64,000 nt of DNA from Terriglobia bacterium (GTDB taxonomy: Bacteria > Acidobacteriota > Terriglobia > 2-12-FULL-54-10): NCBI GenBank assembly GCA_963666975.2, contig CAXVYR010000004.1:352001-416000 (forward strand), written 5' to 3'. Shown here one piece after another: positions 1 through 9,500 of this stretch (position 1 is its first letter; every line of letters starts with the position of its first letter). Below the pieces are notes generated by a model that had not been told where the DNA came from, did not search any database, and saw nothing but the letters and a program-made list of their open reading frames with translations. Made by a program: the position numbers and the translations under genes.

Positions 1-611
1 CCGATGTGGACCGAGGGAATCATCACCAGCGGCAGCAGGCCGACGGAAATCAACGCCAGACGCCAATCCAAAACGAATACGACGAACAGCAAGCCGACTA
101 ACGTAAAGCTCTGGCGCAAAAAGTCCGCCAAGACGTGCGAGACGGCGAGCTGAATCTTTTCGATGTCGTTCACGACCCTCGACATCAGGTTGCCGGTGGA
201 GTAGCGGCGGAAGAAGCTCGTGGACTGCTGCATGATCCGCTCATACAGCCGGTTGCGCAGATCCATGATGACCGATAAGCCTACGAAGTTGATCAGATAG
301 TTGGCCAGGTATTCGCAGACGGCCTTGCCGAGCGTGACGCCGATCACGAAAACAGCGACAATGGTCCAGACATTATGAATTCCGTCCGGAACCAGACGAT
401 CCAAATAGACGGTCTTCTCAAAGTAAGGAAGGGTAAACAACGCCACGGAGGAATCCGGAGCCTGCGGGTTGAGGACACGGTCGAAAATCGGGCCGATCAG
501 AAAAGCCGCCACGGCTTCAAAAAAACCCACGCCCACCATCAGTACCACGGCCCCGAAAAATCGAAGCCGGTAGGGTTTGACGTATTGCAGCAGGCGCACC
601 AACTCGGACAT
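1..611 (-). CDS. MsbA-like ABC exporter (lipid A flippase family), N-terminal transmembrane part; runs off the window start
   Basis: Not in the ORF track. Manual translation from ATG 611: MSELVRLLQYVKPYRLRF...GLSVIMDLRNRLYERIMQQSTSFFRRYSTGNLMSRVVNDIEKIQ..., a typical ABC_membrane segment. Confidence 0.85.
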   Translation of the reverse strand, partial: MSELVRLLQYVKPYRLRFFGAVVLMVGVGFFEAVAAFLIGPIFDRVLNPQAPDSSVALFTLPYFEKTVYLDRLVPDGIHNVWTIVAVFVIGVTLGKAVCEYLANYLINFVGLSVIMDLRNRLYERIMQQSTSFFRRYSTGNLMSRVVNDIEKIQLAVSHVLADFLRQSFTLVGLLFVVFVLDWRLALISVGLLPLVMIPSVHI

Positions 612-1015
612 TTTCCCGTTCCTCAGATCGAAATGAAAAGTTTACGCGGCAGGATTGTTCCTAAATGGCGCAAAAACAACATCCTGAAGCTCTCCGCCAT
701 TCGCCAGGAGCAGACGGCGGACTCACTTCAGCAGTTTCCAACCTTCCGACCACAATGTGCAGACTTATCTATTGTAACCCATCCGTCAAACCGGAGAGCA
801 CCTTGGATTGGGAGCGATCCCGATTTGTTCTATTCCCCCAACCGGAACAAACCCGGCAGAGCTTATTTCCAATCCCCGCCCAACAGGTGTAAGATTTATA
901 TGCTAAAGATATGGAATAGATTACGCCCCGTTAAGAGCTTGTAGGTCAACGGGTTCCTGCGGGTTCCTGAAGGAGTCGCACTTCCCTTCTCAGTCACTTT
1001 ATACGGAGAAATATC

Positions 1016-2542
1016 ATGCAATTTATCCAAGAAAGCCTTATCAAGCTAATCACGGAAACATCTACCAACCTGCCGCCTGATGTGCGACAGGCCATGGCTT
1101 GGTCGCTCGGGCAGGAAACGCCGAAAACCCAGTCATCGCTGGCGCTCAACGTCATCGCCTCCAACATCGACATGGCCGAGGCGGACGAGAACCCTATCTG
1201 CCAGGATACCGGCATGCCCACTTTCTTCATCAAAACCCCGGTCGGGTTTAACCAGATCGTTTTTCAAAAGGAGGTCCGGAAGGCCATTCAAGAGGCTACC
1301 CGGCGGGGCAAGCTGCGGCCAAACTCCGTAGATTCGATCACCGGCAAAAACAGCGGCGACAATCTGGGCCCGGGAACCCCCGTCCTCCACTTTGAACAGT
1401 GGGAAGAAGAAGACGTAGAGGTTCGGCTGCTTTTGAAAGGCGGCGGCTGCGAGAACAAAAACATCCAGTACAGCGTCCCCTGCCAGTTGGATCACCTGGG
1501 ACGCGCCGACCGCACCTTGGAAGGGGTGCACAACTGTATCTTGCACGCCGTCTGGCAAGCACAAGGGCAGGGATGCAGCCCCGGGGCACTTGGGGTCTGT
1601 ATCGGCGGCGACCGGACCGCAGGTTACGAGCATGCCAAGCATCAACTCTTGCGCACGCTCGATGACACCAATCCCGACCCGCAGTTGGCCCGCATGGAAC
1701 AGCAGATCATGGAGGAGGCCAACCGGCTAGGAGTGGGAACGATGGGCTTCGGAGGAAAAGTTTCCCTGATCGGCTGCAAGATCGGCGCGCTCAACCGTCT
1801 GCCCGCCAGCTTTTTCGTCTCCGTAGCTTATGACTGCTGGGCCTTCCGCCGCCTGGGAGTGCGCCTGGACGCCTCCAGCGGCGCTATCCGGCAATGGCTC
1901 TATCGCGACCCGGACCTGCCGGTGGAAAAACTGGCTAAAGAATCCGGATTCCCGCTGACGGGACGGGAGGTGGTGCTGGAAACGCCGCTGACGGAAGAGA
2001 AGGTTCTCGGCCTGAAGGTCGGCGACGTGGTGCTGATCAGCGGCTTGATCTACACCGGCAGGGACGAGGCTCACGCCTACTTGATGAAAAACCCCGCTCC
2101 GGTCGACTTGCAGGGGTCCGTGCTCTACCATTGCGGCCCGGTCGCCATGAAGCAGGGAGACGGCTGGAAAATGACCGCCGCCGGCCCTACCACCAGCATG
2201 CGCGAGGAGCCTTATCAGGGAGAGGTCATCCGGCGCTTCGGCATACGCGCCGTCATGGGAAAGGGCGGCATGGGGAAAAAGACCCTGGATGCCCTCCAAA
2301 AACACGGCGCGGTTTATTTGAACGCCATTGGCGGTGCCGCCCAGTACTATGCGCGGGCGATTACCGCCGTCGAGGGAGTCTCGTTGTTCGAGCTGGGAGT
2401 TCCGGAAGCGATGTGGCACCTGCGGGTGAAGGACCTGATGGCCCTAGTCACGATGGATGCCCACGGCAACAGCCTTCACGCCAGCGTGGAAGAGGCCACC
2501 GGGAAGGCGCTCGAAACAGTGGGCGCAAAATCTTCCTCCTGA
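1016..2542 (+). CDS. Class I (Fe-S) fumarate hydratase, fused alpha/beta
   Basis: PICQDTG, KGGGCEN, GCSPG, GRDEAH, AGPTTSMR and GKGGM motifs; RBS GGAGA upstream. Confidence 0.92.
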   Translation: MQFIQESLIKLITETSTNLPPDVRQAMAWSLGQETPKTQSSLALNVIASNIDMAEADENPICQDTGMPTFFIKTPVGFNQIVFQKEVRKAIQEATRRGKLRPNSVDSITGKNSGDNLGPGTPVLHFEQWEEEDVEVRLLLKGGGCENKNIQYSVPCQLDHLGRADRTLEGVHNCILHAVWQAQGQGCSPGALGVCIGGDRTAGYEHAKHQLLRTLDDTNPDPQLARMEQQIMEEANRLGVGTMGFGGKVSLIGCKIGALNRLPASFFVSVAYDCWAFRRLGVRLDASSGAIRQWLYRDPDLPVEKLAKESGFPLTGREVVLETPLTEEKVLGLKVGDVVLISGLIYTGRDEAHAYLMKNPAPVDLQGSVLYHCGPVAMKQGDGWKMTAAGPTTSMREEPYQGEVIRRFGIRAVMGKGGMGKKTLDALQKHGAVYLNAIGGAAQYYARAITAVEGVSLFELGVPEAMWHLRVKDLMALVTMDAHGNSLHASVEEATGKALETVGAKSSS

Positions 2543-2619
2543 AAAAGTTTCTGCCAGGACTAAGCGGAGATATGCGTTAGCATTTTTTCTTCGCGGCTAC
2601 CGCGAACAAGTGGAGAATT

Positions 2620-3918
2620 ATGCGTGATGTGAACGTAGGAATGGTGGGATTGGGAATGGTGGGCGGCAGCACGCTGCGCGTGCTGGATGAAAACGCCGCC
2701 GAGATCAGCCGGAGACTTGGCTTTAGCCTGCGCGTGCGCGCCGCCGCCAGTTTGGAGATTGAAGCCCGCTCGGAACAAAACGGGCGGCTGCTGACACGAA
2801 GCTGGCAGGAGGTCGTCGAGCATCCGGAAGTGGAGATCGTCGTCGAGTTAATCGGCGGAAAGACGGTTGCCCAGCAGGTTATCCGGGCCGCGCTGGAGGG
2901 CGGCAAGCCTGTCGTCACCGCCAACAAAGAACTGCTCGGACTCCATGGGGCGGAACTGGCCCAGTTGGCTGCCCAACACAAGGCCTCGCTGCATCTGGAG
3001 GCCAGCGTCGGCGGAGGCATCCCCATTCTCAATGCTCTGCGCGAGGGCATCTCCGCTGACCGGATCGAGGCGCTCTACGGCATCCTCAACGGGACCTCCA
3101 ACTTCATCCTCACCGAGATGGAGCGGTCCGGCGCGCCGTTGCCCGACATCCTGGCAGAGGCTCAAAAACTGGGCTACGCCGAAGCCGATCCAACCGCCGA
3201 TGTCGAGGGCTATGACGCGCGCTCCAAGCTGGCGATCCTGGCGGCTCTCTGTTTCGGCGTCCGGGTTCCGACCGATGCGATCTTCCGCCAGGGAATCCTG
3301 CGGCTGCAACCGGTCGATTTTCAGTATGCGCACCGCCTCGGTTACACCATCCGGCTGATCGGCGCTGCTACGCCGGGACCAGACGGTTTGGGGCTCTCCG
3401 TGCGGCCTGCCTTGATTCCGGAGTCCGCCATTCTCAGCAAAGTCAGCGGCTCCTATAACGCGGTTTGGATTAAGGGCGCTTACGGGGAGGATACGCTGTA
3501 TTACGGCCGCGGGGCGGGGCCTCCCACCGGCGTGGCCGTCGTCTCCGACATCATGCGGGCTGCGCGCGACCTCCGGCTGGGAAACCCGCTGCGCGCGCCG
3601 GCCTTTGGCTTCCAGGAACTCAAAGAGGTGAGCCGGGCCGGAATCGGGTCGCAGCGGCGGCCTTATTTCCTGCGTTTCCTGATCTCCGACCAGGTCGGGA
3701 TCATCGCCCGGCTGGCCTCCATACTGGCGGAGGAAAAGATCAGCATCGACGCCGTGCTGCAGGAGCCTCTCACGGAAAAGCAGAATCTGCCCTTTGTGAT
3801 TACCGTCGAGCCCACCACCGAGACGGCTATCACCGCAGCACTGGAGAAAATGAAAGGCCTCGACTTCCTGCGCGAGCCGCCGCTGGCGCTCCCGATGGAG
3901 ACGGCGCTCAGCAGTTAA
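2620..3918 (+). CDS. hom: Homoserine dehydrogenase with C-terminal ACT domain
   Basis: GLGMVG Rossmann motif, VVTANK, EASVGGGIP, GILNGTSNFIL, GYAEADPTADVEG, YGRGAG. Confidence 0.95.
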   Translation: MRDVNVGMVGLGMVGGSTLRVLDENAAEISRRLGFSLRVRAAASLEIEARSEQNGRLLTRSWQEVVEHPEVEIVVELIGGKTVAQQVIRAALEGGKPVVTANKELLGLHGAELAQLAAQHKASLHLEASVGGGIPILNALREGISADRIEALYGILNGTSNFILTEMERSGAPLPDILAEAQKLGYAEADPTADVEGYDARSKLAILAALCFGVRVPTDAIFRQGILRLQPVDFQYAHRLGYTIRLIGAATPGPDGLGLSVRPALIPESAILSKVSGSYNAVWIKGAYGEDTLYYGRGAGPPTGVAVVSDIMRAARDLRLGNPLRAPAFGFQELKEVSRAGIGSQRRPYFLRFLISDQVGIIARLASILAEEKISIDAVLQEPLTEKQNLPFVITVEPTTETAITAALEKMKGLDFLREPPLALPMETALSS

Positions 3919-4154
3919 GCAAATCCTGCGAACCCGGCCTGCCGGTCATGCGGAGGGTAACGTGGCCGTTCCCCAGGTAAACCGCTGGGCTCTGAGGAAA
4001 TCCCGAGCCGTTGGATGCGGGCGGCATGGGTAAGTTAAGCAAATCCTGCGAACCCGGCCTGCCGGTCATGCGGAGGGTAACGTGGCCGTTCCCCAGGTAA
4101 ACCGCTGGGCTCTGAGGAAATCCCGAGCCGTTGGATGCGGGCGGCATGGGTAAG
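3913..4154. repeat. Perfect 120-bp tandem direct duplication (2 copies)
   Basis: 3913-4034 is identical to 4033-4154. Confidence 0.97.
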
Positions 4155-4358
4155 GTCTTTCGGGCTCGGGATACCCACCTTTATGATGCGATGTGGCGAT
4201 GAAGATGCTTCTGCAAACCTTCATCTGCCCTCCCCGCCGAGACCCGTTTCATAATCCCATAGCTATGATGTAGACTCTTCCCAAGATTCGGCCAAATTTC
4301 AGACAGACCACTGCAGCAGGAATACGCAAGCTGGTTCACGCAGTGCGGAGGCAAGCAT

Positions 4359-6239
4359 ATGGCAAAGAAATTGATCCTGATCGCGTTAGTGACAATCGCA
4401 ATCGGTGTGTGCGGATGGGCCCAGCAGGCAGCCGTTTCCGCGAAGCTTGGCTATCCTCAGATGATTCTTTATAACGGCAAGATCGTAACAATGGATGATT
4501 CCTCCTTTGGCTCAAAAGTGGGTTCCATTGTGCAAGCGATGGCGGTGCGTGATGCGCGGATTCTTGTTATGGGAACCGATGCGGAGGTCCGGTCACTAGC
4601 TGGACCTCAAACGAAGGTCATTGACATGGAAGGCCGTACGGTCCTGCCGAGTTTCATTATTACTCACGAGCACCCGATGGACTGGGCTTTTCAGGAACCG
4701 CGCGCCATGACGCATGTCTTCCCTGATGATGACAATGAGGTCGTGATTCATCGCTGGATGCCGAATCTGCCTCCCAAAGAACAGTTGGCGCGGTTTGATC
4801 CGATGATGAAAGAAGCCCTCGCGAAGGCGAAACCAGGGCAGTGGGTCTGGCTCAGTTTCAACTACGGCCCCAACTATGAGCACGCCACGGAAATGGCGCA
4901 GTTGTTCGACAAAAGCATCACCAAGGAATACTTGGACGTGCTAGCCCCCGACACGCCGGTAAAAGTGCGCAATGGGTTCATCACTTCCATTGTGAATCAA
5001 AAAGCTTTAGACGCGCTGATGGACGTTCATCCAGATTTGCAAGACCAGCAATTACTGAGCAGGGGCGGAGGATTTAGCCGCCCGATGGAGCCCAATGCAA
5101 TGTTCCGTGGCAAACGGCCTCTGCTTGCGCAAGTCCTGAAGGCTGAACTGGAGTGGTGGGCCAGCTACGGAATGTCCGCTTTCGCCTCTGGCCCCTATGC
5201 GTTCGGCACGATGGCGGCATATCGCTATCTGGATGCGAATGGCGACATGCCCGTTCGTTATGCATGGGCGTATCCGGGACCGGCGATGGACCTGGAGACG
5301 ATGCGGTATATGGCCAGTTTGATCGGAACCGGCACGGACTACATCTGGCTGATGGGCGTCTTTCAGGGAGCCAATGGGGGCAATTGCAGCACGGCGCCGA
5401 TTCGGGACGAGTGGAAGAAGAACCCGCTGGAAATTCTCAGGCGGAGGGAGTGTTTTGACGGCTTTTCGGGTCCGCAGTGGGGAGAAAATCTCGAGAACGC
5501 AATTCGGGGCGGGATGCGTGTTGCTGGAATTCACGTCAGCGGCGACGTAACCATTGACAATCTGATGGATGCCATCGAGAAAATCAGCAAAGAAGAAGGA
5601 ATGACCCTGGAGCAAATTCGGGCGAAGCGGCATGCCTTCGATCATAGCTCCGGGGTGCCTCGCCCGCAGCAAATCCCCCGCATGAAAGAGCTGGGCATGC
5701 TTGCCAGCTTGAATAACAACCTGCTTTGGGAACCTCCCGGGGTGGTTCCGAACATGGCGGGCACCGCAATGTTCGCCAGGATTCATGGGGTGGAATACAC
5801 CAGCTGGATTTCACCGCGGAAGAGCCTAACCGAGGCAGGCGTGATGAGCACATTCGAAATTGACCGTCCCCTGGCAAACAAAATATTCTTTTTTCTGCAC
5901 AAAGGAATGACCCGGTACAATGAGAGAGATGGCATGGTGTACGGTCCCGGCGAACGGACCGATCGAATGATCCAATTGAAGGCGATCACTCGCTGGGGGG
6001 CATATTATCTCCTCAAGGAAGATGTCTTGGGGACCCTGGAGCCTGGGAAGTTTGCGGATTTTGTTGTGCTAGACAAGGATTATTTAACCGTCCCCGAAAA
6101 TGAGATTCCCAACCTCCAGGTGCTGATGACAGTCGTGGGGGGGAGGACGATCCATCTGACTTCGGGTTTGGCGAACCCTATCGGCATGCAACCCGTTGGA
6201 TATACCACCTGGAAAGATAAGATTCCAGAAGGTTGGTAG
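4359..6239 (+). CDS. Secreted amidohydrolase family protein (Amidohydro_3/YtcJ-like)
   Basis: Signal peptide, NGKIVTMD, IDMEGRTVLPSFIITHEH, IHVSGD, GTLEPGKFADFVVLD, MTVVGG. Confidence 0.85.
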   Translation: MAKKLILIALVTIAIGVCGWAQQAAVSAKLGYPQMILYNGKIVTMDDSSFGSKVGSIVQAMAVRDARILVMGTDAEVRSLAGPQTKVIDMEGRTVLPSFIITHEHPMDWAFQEPRAMTHVFPDDDNEVVIHRWMPNLPPKEQLARFDPMMKEALAKAKPGQWVWLSFNYGPNYEHATEMAQLFDKSITKEYLDVLAPDTPVKVRNGFITSIVNQKALDALMDVHPDLQDQQLLSRGGGFSRPMEPNAMFRGKRPLLAQVLKAELEWWASYGMSAFASGPYAFGTMAAYRYLDANGDMPVRYAWAYPGPAMDLETMRYMASLIGTGTDYIWLMGVFQGANGGNCSTAPIRDEWKKNPLEILRRRECFDGFSGPQWGENLENAIRGGMRVAGIHVSGDVTIDNLMDAIEKISKEEGMTLEQIRAKRHAFDHSSGVPRPQQIPRMKELGMLASLNNNLLWEPPGVVPNMAGTAMFARIHGVEYTSWISPRKSLTEAGVMSTFEIDRPLANKIFFFLHKGMTRYNERDGMVYGPGERTDRMIQLKAITRWGAYYLLKEDVLGTLEPGKFADFVVLDKDYLTVPENEIPNLQVLMTVVGGRTIHLTSGLANPIGMQPVGYTTWKDKIPEGW

Positions 6240-6283
6240 CGGCAGTCCTTTCGCGGTCGCGCATGGCGCTTTCCGTGGTCAGA

Positions 6284-6315
6284 ATTGAGGATTGAGGGTT
6301 GAGGATTGAGGGTTG
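6284..6315. repeat. 7-bp tandem microsatellite (RTTGAGG)n, about 4.5 copies
   Basis: attgagg attgagg gttgagg attgagg gttg, intergenic. Confidence 0.8.
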
Positions 6316-6465
6316 CTGGGCGGCCACCGACATGCCAGCGCCACCCAAATCCACGCCGGCCTCAAACGGTTGGAAGGCCTGAAGCGCCGCGGACCGGGAA
6401 GCCATCCTGGGCGGCAACGCAGCCCGGCTGCTACGAATTGGTTAGCTGCGAATCGTTTAGTTTTC

Positions 6466-6494
6466 TTGACAGAGGCACGCATCAAGTGTAGCAT
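6466..6494 (+). promoter_or_regulatory. Sigma70-type promoter of the surface protein gene
   Basis: TTGACA-N17-TAGCAT about 80 bp upstream of ATG 6577 (RBS TAAGGA). Confidence 0.55.
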
Positions 6495-6576
6495 TCGTTA
6501 TAGCATTCCTCGTTGGCTACAACTCCCCCACTGGAGAGCCTTATTAGAAGGAAACTCTTGGAAATAAGGACTTGTC

Positions 6577-9500
6577 ATGCGACACGCGTTGGCGCTTTGC
6601 CGTTCTAGTATTTTATCGGGACTTTTGCTTTTTTGCGCTCATGGGGTAATCCACCCAGCCTCGGCGCAGGTCCGCGAAATGAGCACGAAAGGGGCCGTAG
6701 AAACCTACGGAAAATTGCCGCTCGCCTTCGAGGCCAACGAGGGCCAAGCCGCCCCCCAGGCCCGGTTCCTGTCCCGAGGCAGGGGCTACACGCTGTTTCT
6801 GACGCCGGGGGGGGGGAGGCGGTGCTGGCGTTGCGAGGCCCCCATGCACGCCCTATGCCCCAGGACCGGCCAAACTCCGCACCATCGCCTGCCGGGATCG
6901 AAGGTGGACAGCCTTCCGAGCCTGCTGTGATCCGCATGCGGCTGGTCGGGGCCAATCCAGGGCCGCGGATGACGGGCGCCGAAGAACTCCCTGGAATAAG
7001 CAATTACTTCATCGGCAGCGATCCAGAGAAGTGGCGGACTAACGTTCCACGCTATGCCCAGGTGCGGTATCAGGATGTTTATCCGGGCGTGGACCTCATC
7101 TACTACGGCAACCAGCGGCAACTGGAGTACGACTTCATAGTTGCTCCGGGGGCAGACCCCGAACCGATTCAGTTGGAAATCCAGGGCGCCGATCAACTCG
7201 AAATCGATGCCACGGGCGACTTGGTGCTCCATTTCGCCAGCGGGCAAGTCCGTCTGCGCAAACCGCTAATCTATCAAAACAGAGGTGGGCAAAACAGGGG
7301 CGGGCAAAAGACAAGCGGGCAGGAAGGAGCCGGAATCCGGCAAGAAATCGCCGGCGGCTACGTGCTCCTGGGCAGCCATCAGGTCGGCTTCGAGATCGAA
7401 GCCTATGACCCGACCCAGCCTCTGATCATCGACCCGGTGTTGGTTTACTCCACCTTCCTTGGCGGCGACTTTGAAGATTTTGGCAAAGACATCGCCGTGG
7501 ACGCGGCCGGCAATGCCTATGTGACAGGCGAAACCGGCTCCACCAACTTCCCTACAGCGAGTTCTTTCCAGGCCTCCTTCGGCGGCGGCGGTTTTCCCGG
7601 CGACGCCTTCGTAACGAAACTGAATGCCACCGGCGACGGCATCGTGTATTCCACCTATCTGGGCGGCAGCGGCCTCGACCTAGGCGAAGGCATCGCAGTA
7701 GACACGAATGGCAACGCCTACGTCACGGGGAATACTTTATCTGCTGATTTCCCCACAGCCAGCGCCTTCCGCAACTCCAATAGCGGCGGCAGCGACGCTT
7801 TTGTCACCAAGCTGAATCCCGCAGGCAACGGCATCCTCTACTCCACCTACCTCGGCGGCAGCAACGACGATTTCGGCGAGGACATCGCCGTGGACGCCAG
7901 CGGCAATGCTTACGTTACGGGCAACACCAATTCAAACAACTTTATCGCGCTGGCCGCTTTTGCGGATGTTGTCCAGAATGGCTATGCCGGAGGCGCTAGC
8001 GACGCTTTTGTTACGAAGTTCGCTCCTACCGGCTCGGCGATTGTCTATTCCACCTACCTCGGCGGCGGCATCGACGATGAAGGCAAGGGTATCGCTGTGG
8101 ACGCCGATGGCAACGTCTACGTCACGGGGGTGACCAACTCGCTCGACTTCCCCACGAATGTTCCATTCCAGCCCGCGACGGGAGGCTTTCATGACGCTTT
8201 CATATCGAAGCTGAATCCAGTCGGCAACGGCCTCCTCTACTCCACCTACCTGGGAGGCAGCGGCGAAGATTCAGGCGATGGCATCGCTCTCGACTCGAGC
8301 GGCAATGCCTATGTCACGGGGGGGACCGCCTCGCTTGACTTCCCTACGGCCAAGCCTTTGCATCCTGTTCATCTCGGCATCGACGATGCCTTTGTGACAA
8401 AGCTGAATAGCGCCGGGTCTGCCCTGGTCTACTCGACCTTCCTGGGCGGCAGCGGCAGTGATACGGGGGAGGGCATCGCAGTGGACTCCGTCGGGAGCGC
8501 CTACATCGTGGGCACAACCAACTCGGCCGACTTCCCTACGGCCAATCCCTTCCTGAGCGCCAAGGCCGGCTTCCGCGATGCCTTTGTGACGAAGTTGAAT
8601 GGCGCCGGCAACGCCCTCGTTTATTCCACCTACCTGGGCGGCAGCACGGATAATTTAGGCGAGGCCATCGCCGTGGACGCCAACCGCAACGCTTATGTTA
8701 CGGGCTATACCATGTCACCCAATTACCCCACCATCGGCCCCTTCCAGGCTGGCTGCGGCGGAGGCACAGGGGGATGCCTAGACGCCTTCGTAGGGAAGAT
8801 TCGGGAAGGCCAAATGACCATTCCCCTCTTCCCGCCGCTCGATATCGCCACGTCTTCGCCTTTGCCAGACGGCAACACCGGAACGAGATACTCCCAGGTG
8901 CTGGGCGCGACGGGAGGCACGCCGCCCTACAGTTGGTCGATCACAACAGGTTCTCTTCCGCCGGGCTTGACACTAGATGCTTCCACAGGCGCAATCGTCG
9001 GCACTCCTGCGACTCTCGGAACCTTCAGCTTTACAGTCCAGGTCACGGATTCCGCTCAGGAGACTGCACTAAAAGACGTTGCAATCCTGATCATCGATAG
9101 CGGCTCAGCCTGCGTGGATTCGATTTCTCCCCTCCGGAAAATTTTTCCGTTCGGCGGGGACAACGGAACCATCGGCGTGATCGCTTCCAGCGCCTGTAAC
9201 TGGGCGGCTACGAGCAATGCTGCCTTCATCACCGTTTCCTCGGGCGCATCCGGCACAGGCAACGGCACGGTGAGCTATGCCGTGGCCGAGAACACTTCGG
9301 CAACCGTTCGCACGGGGCACCTTTCCATCGGCGGGCAAACTTTTACCGTCAGGCAAGCCGGAACCGCGCCCCTGTTCCTGCTCCGTCCCGAATTGCTGAC
9401 TTTTACTTTCCAGGCGGGATCCACTCAGGCGGATGAGCAAGCCATTTCTATTTTCAGCGTCAGTCTCGATCTGGCGTTTATGGCCTCGGCTGCTACCACA

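Noticed and set aside
375-944. 189-aa plus-strand ORF
   Set aside because: Overlaps the MsbA-like gene on the opposite strand and has no recognisable motifs.
6633-6806. N-terminus of the 1709-aa track ORF as the true start
   Set aside because: No signal peptide or RBS; the real N-terminus is in the 6577 frame, joined through the G tract.
7430-8800. Periodic DNA repeats resembling a CRISPR array or DGR
   Set aside because: They are the coding repeats of the SBBP beta-propeller, vary at synonymous positions, and no cas or reverse transcriptase genes are present.
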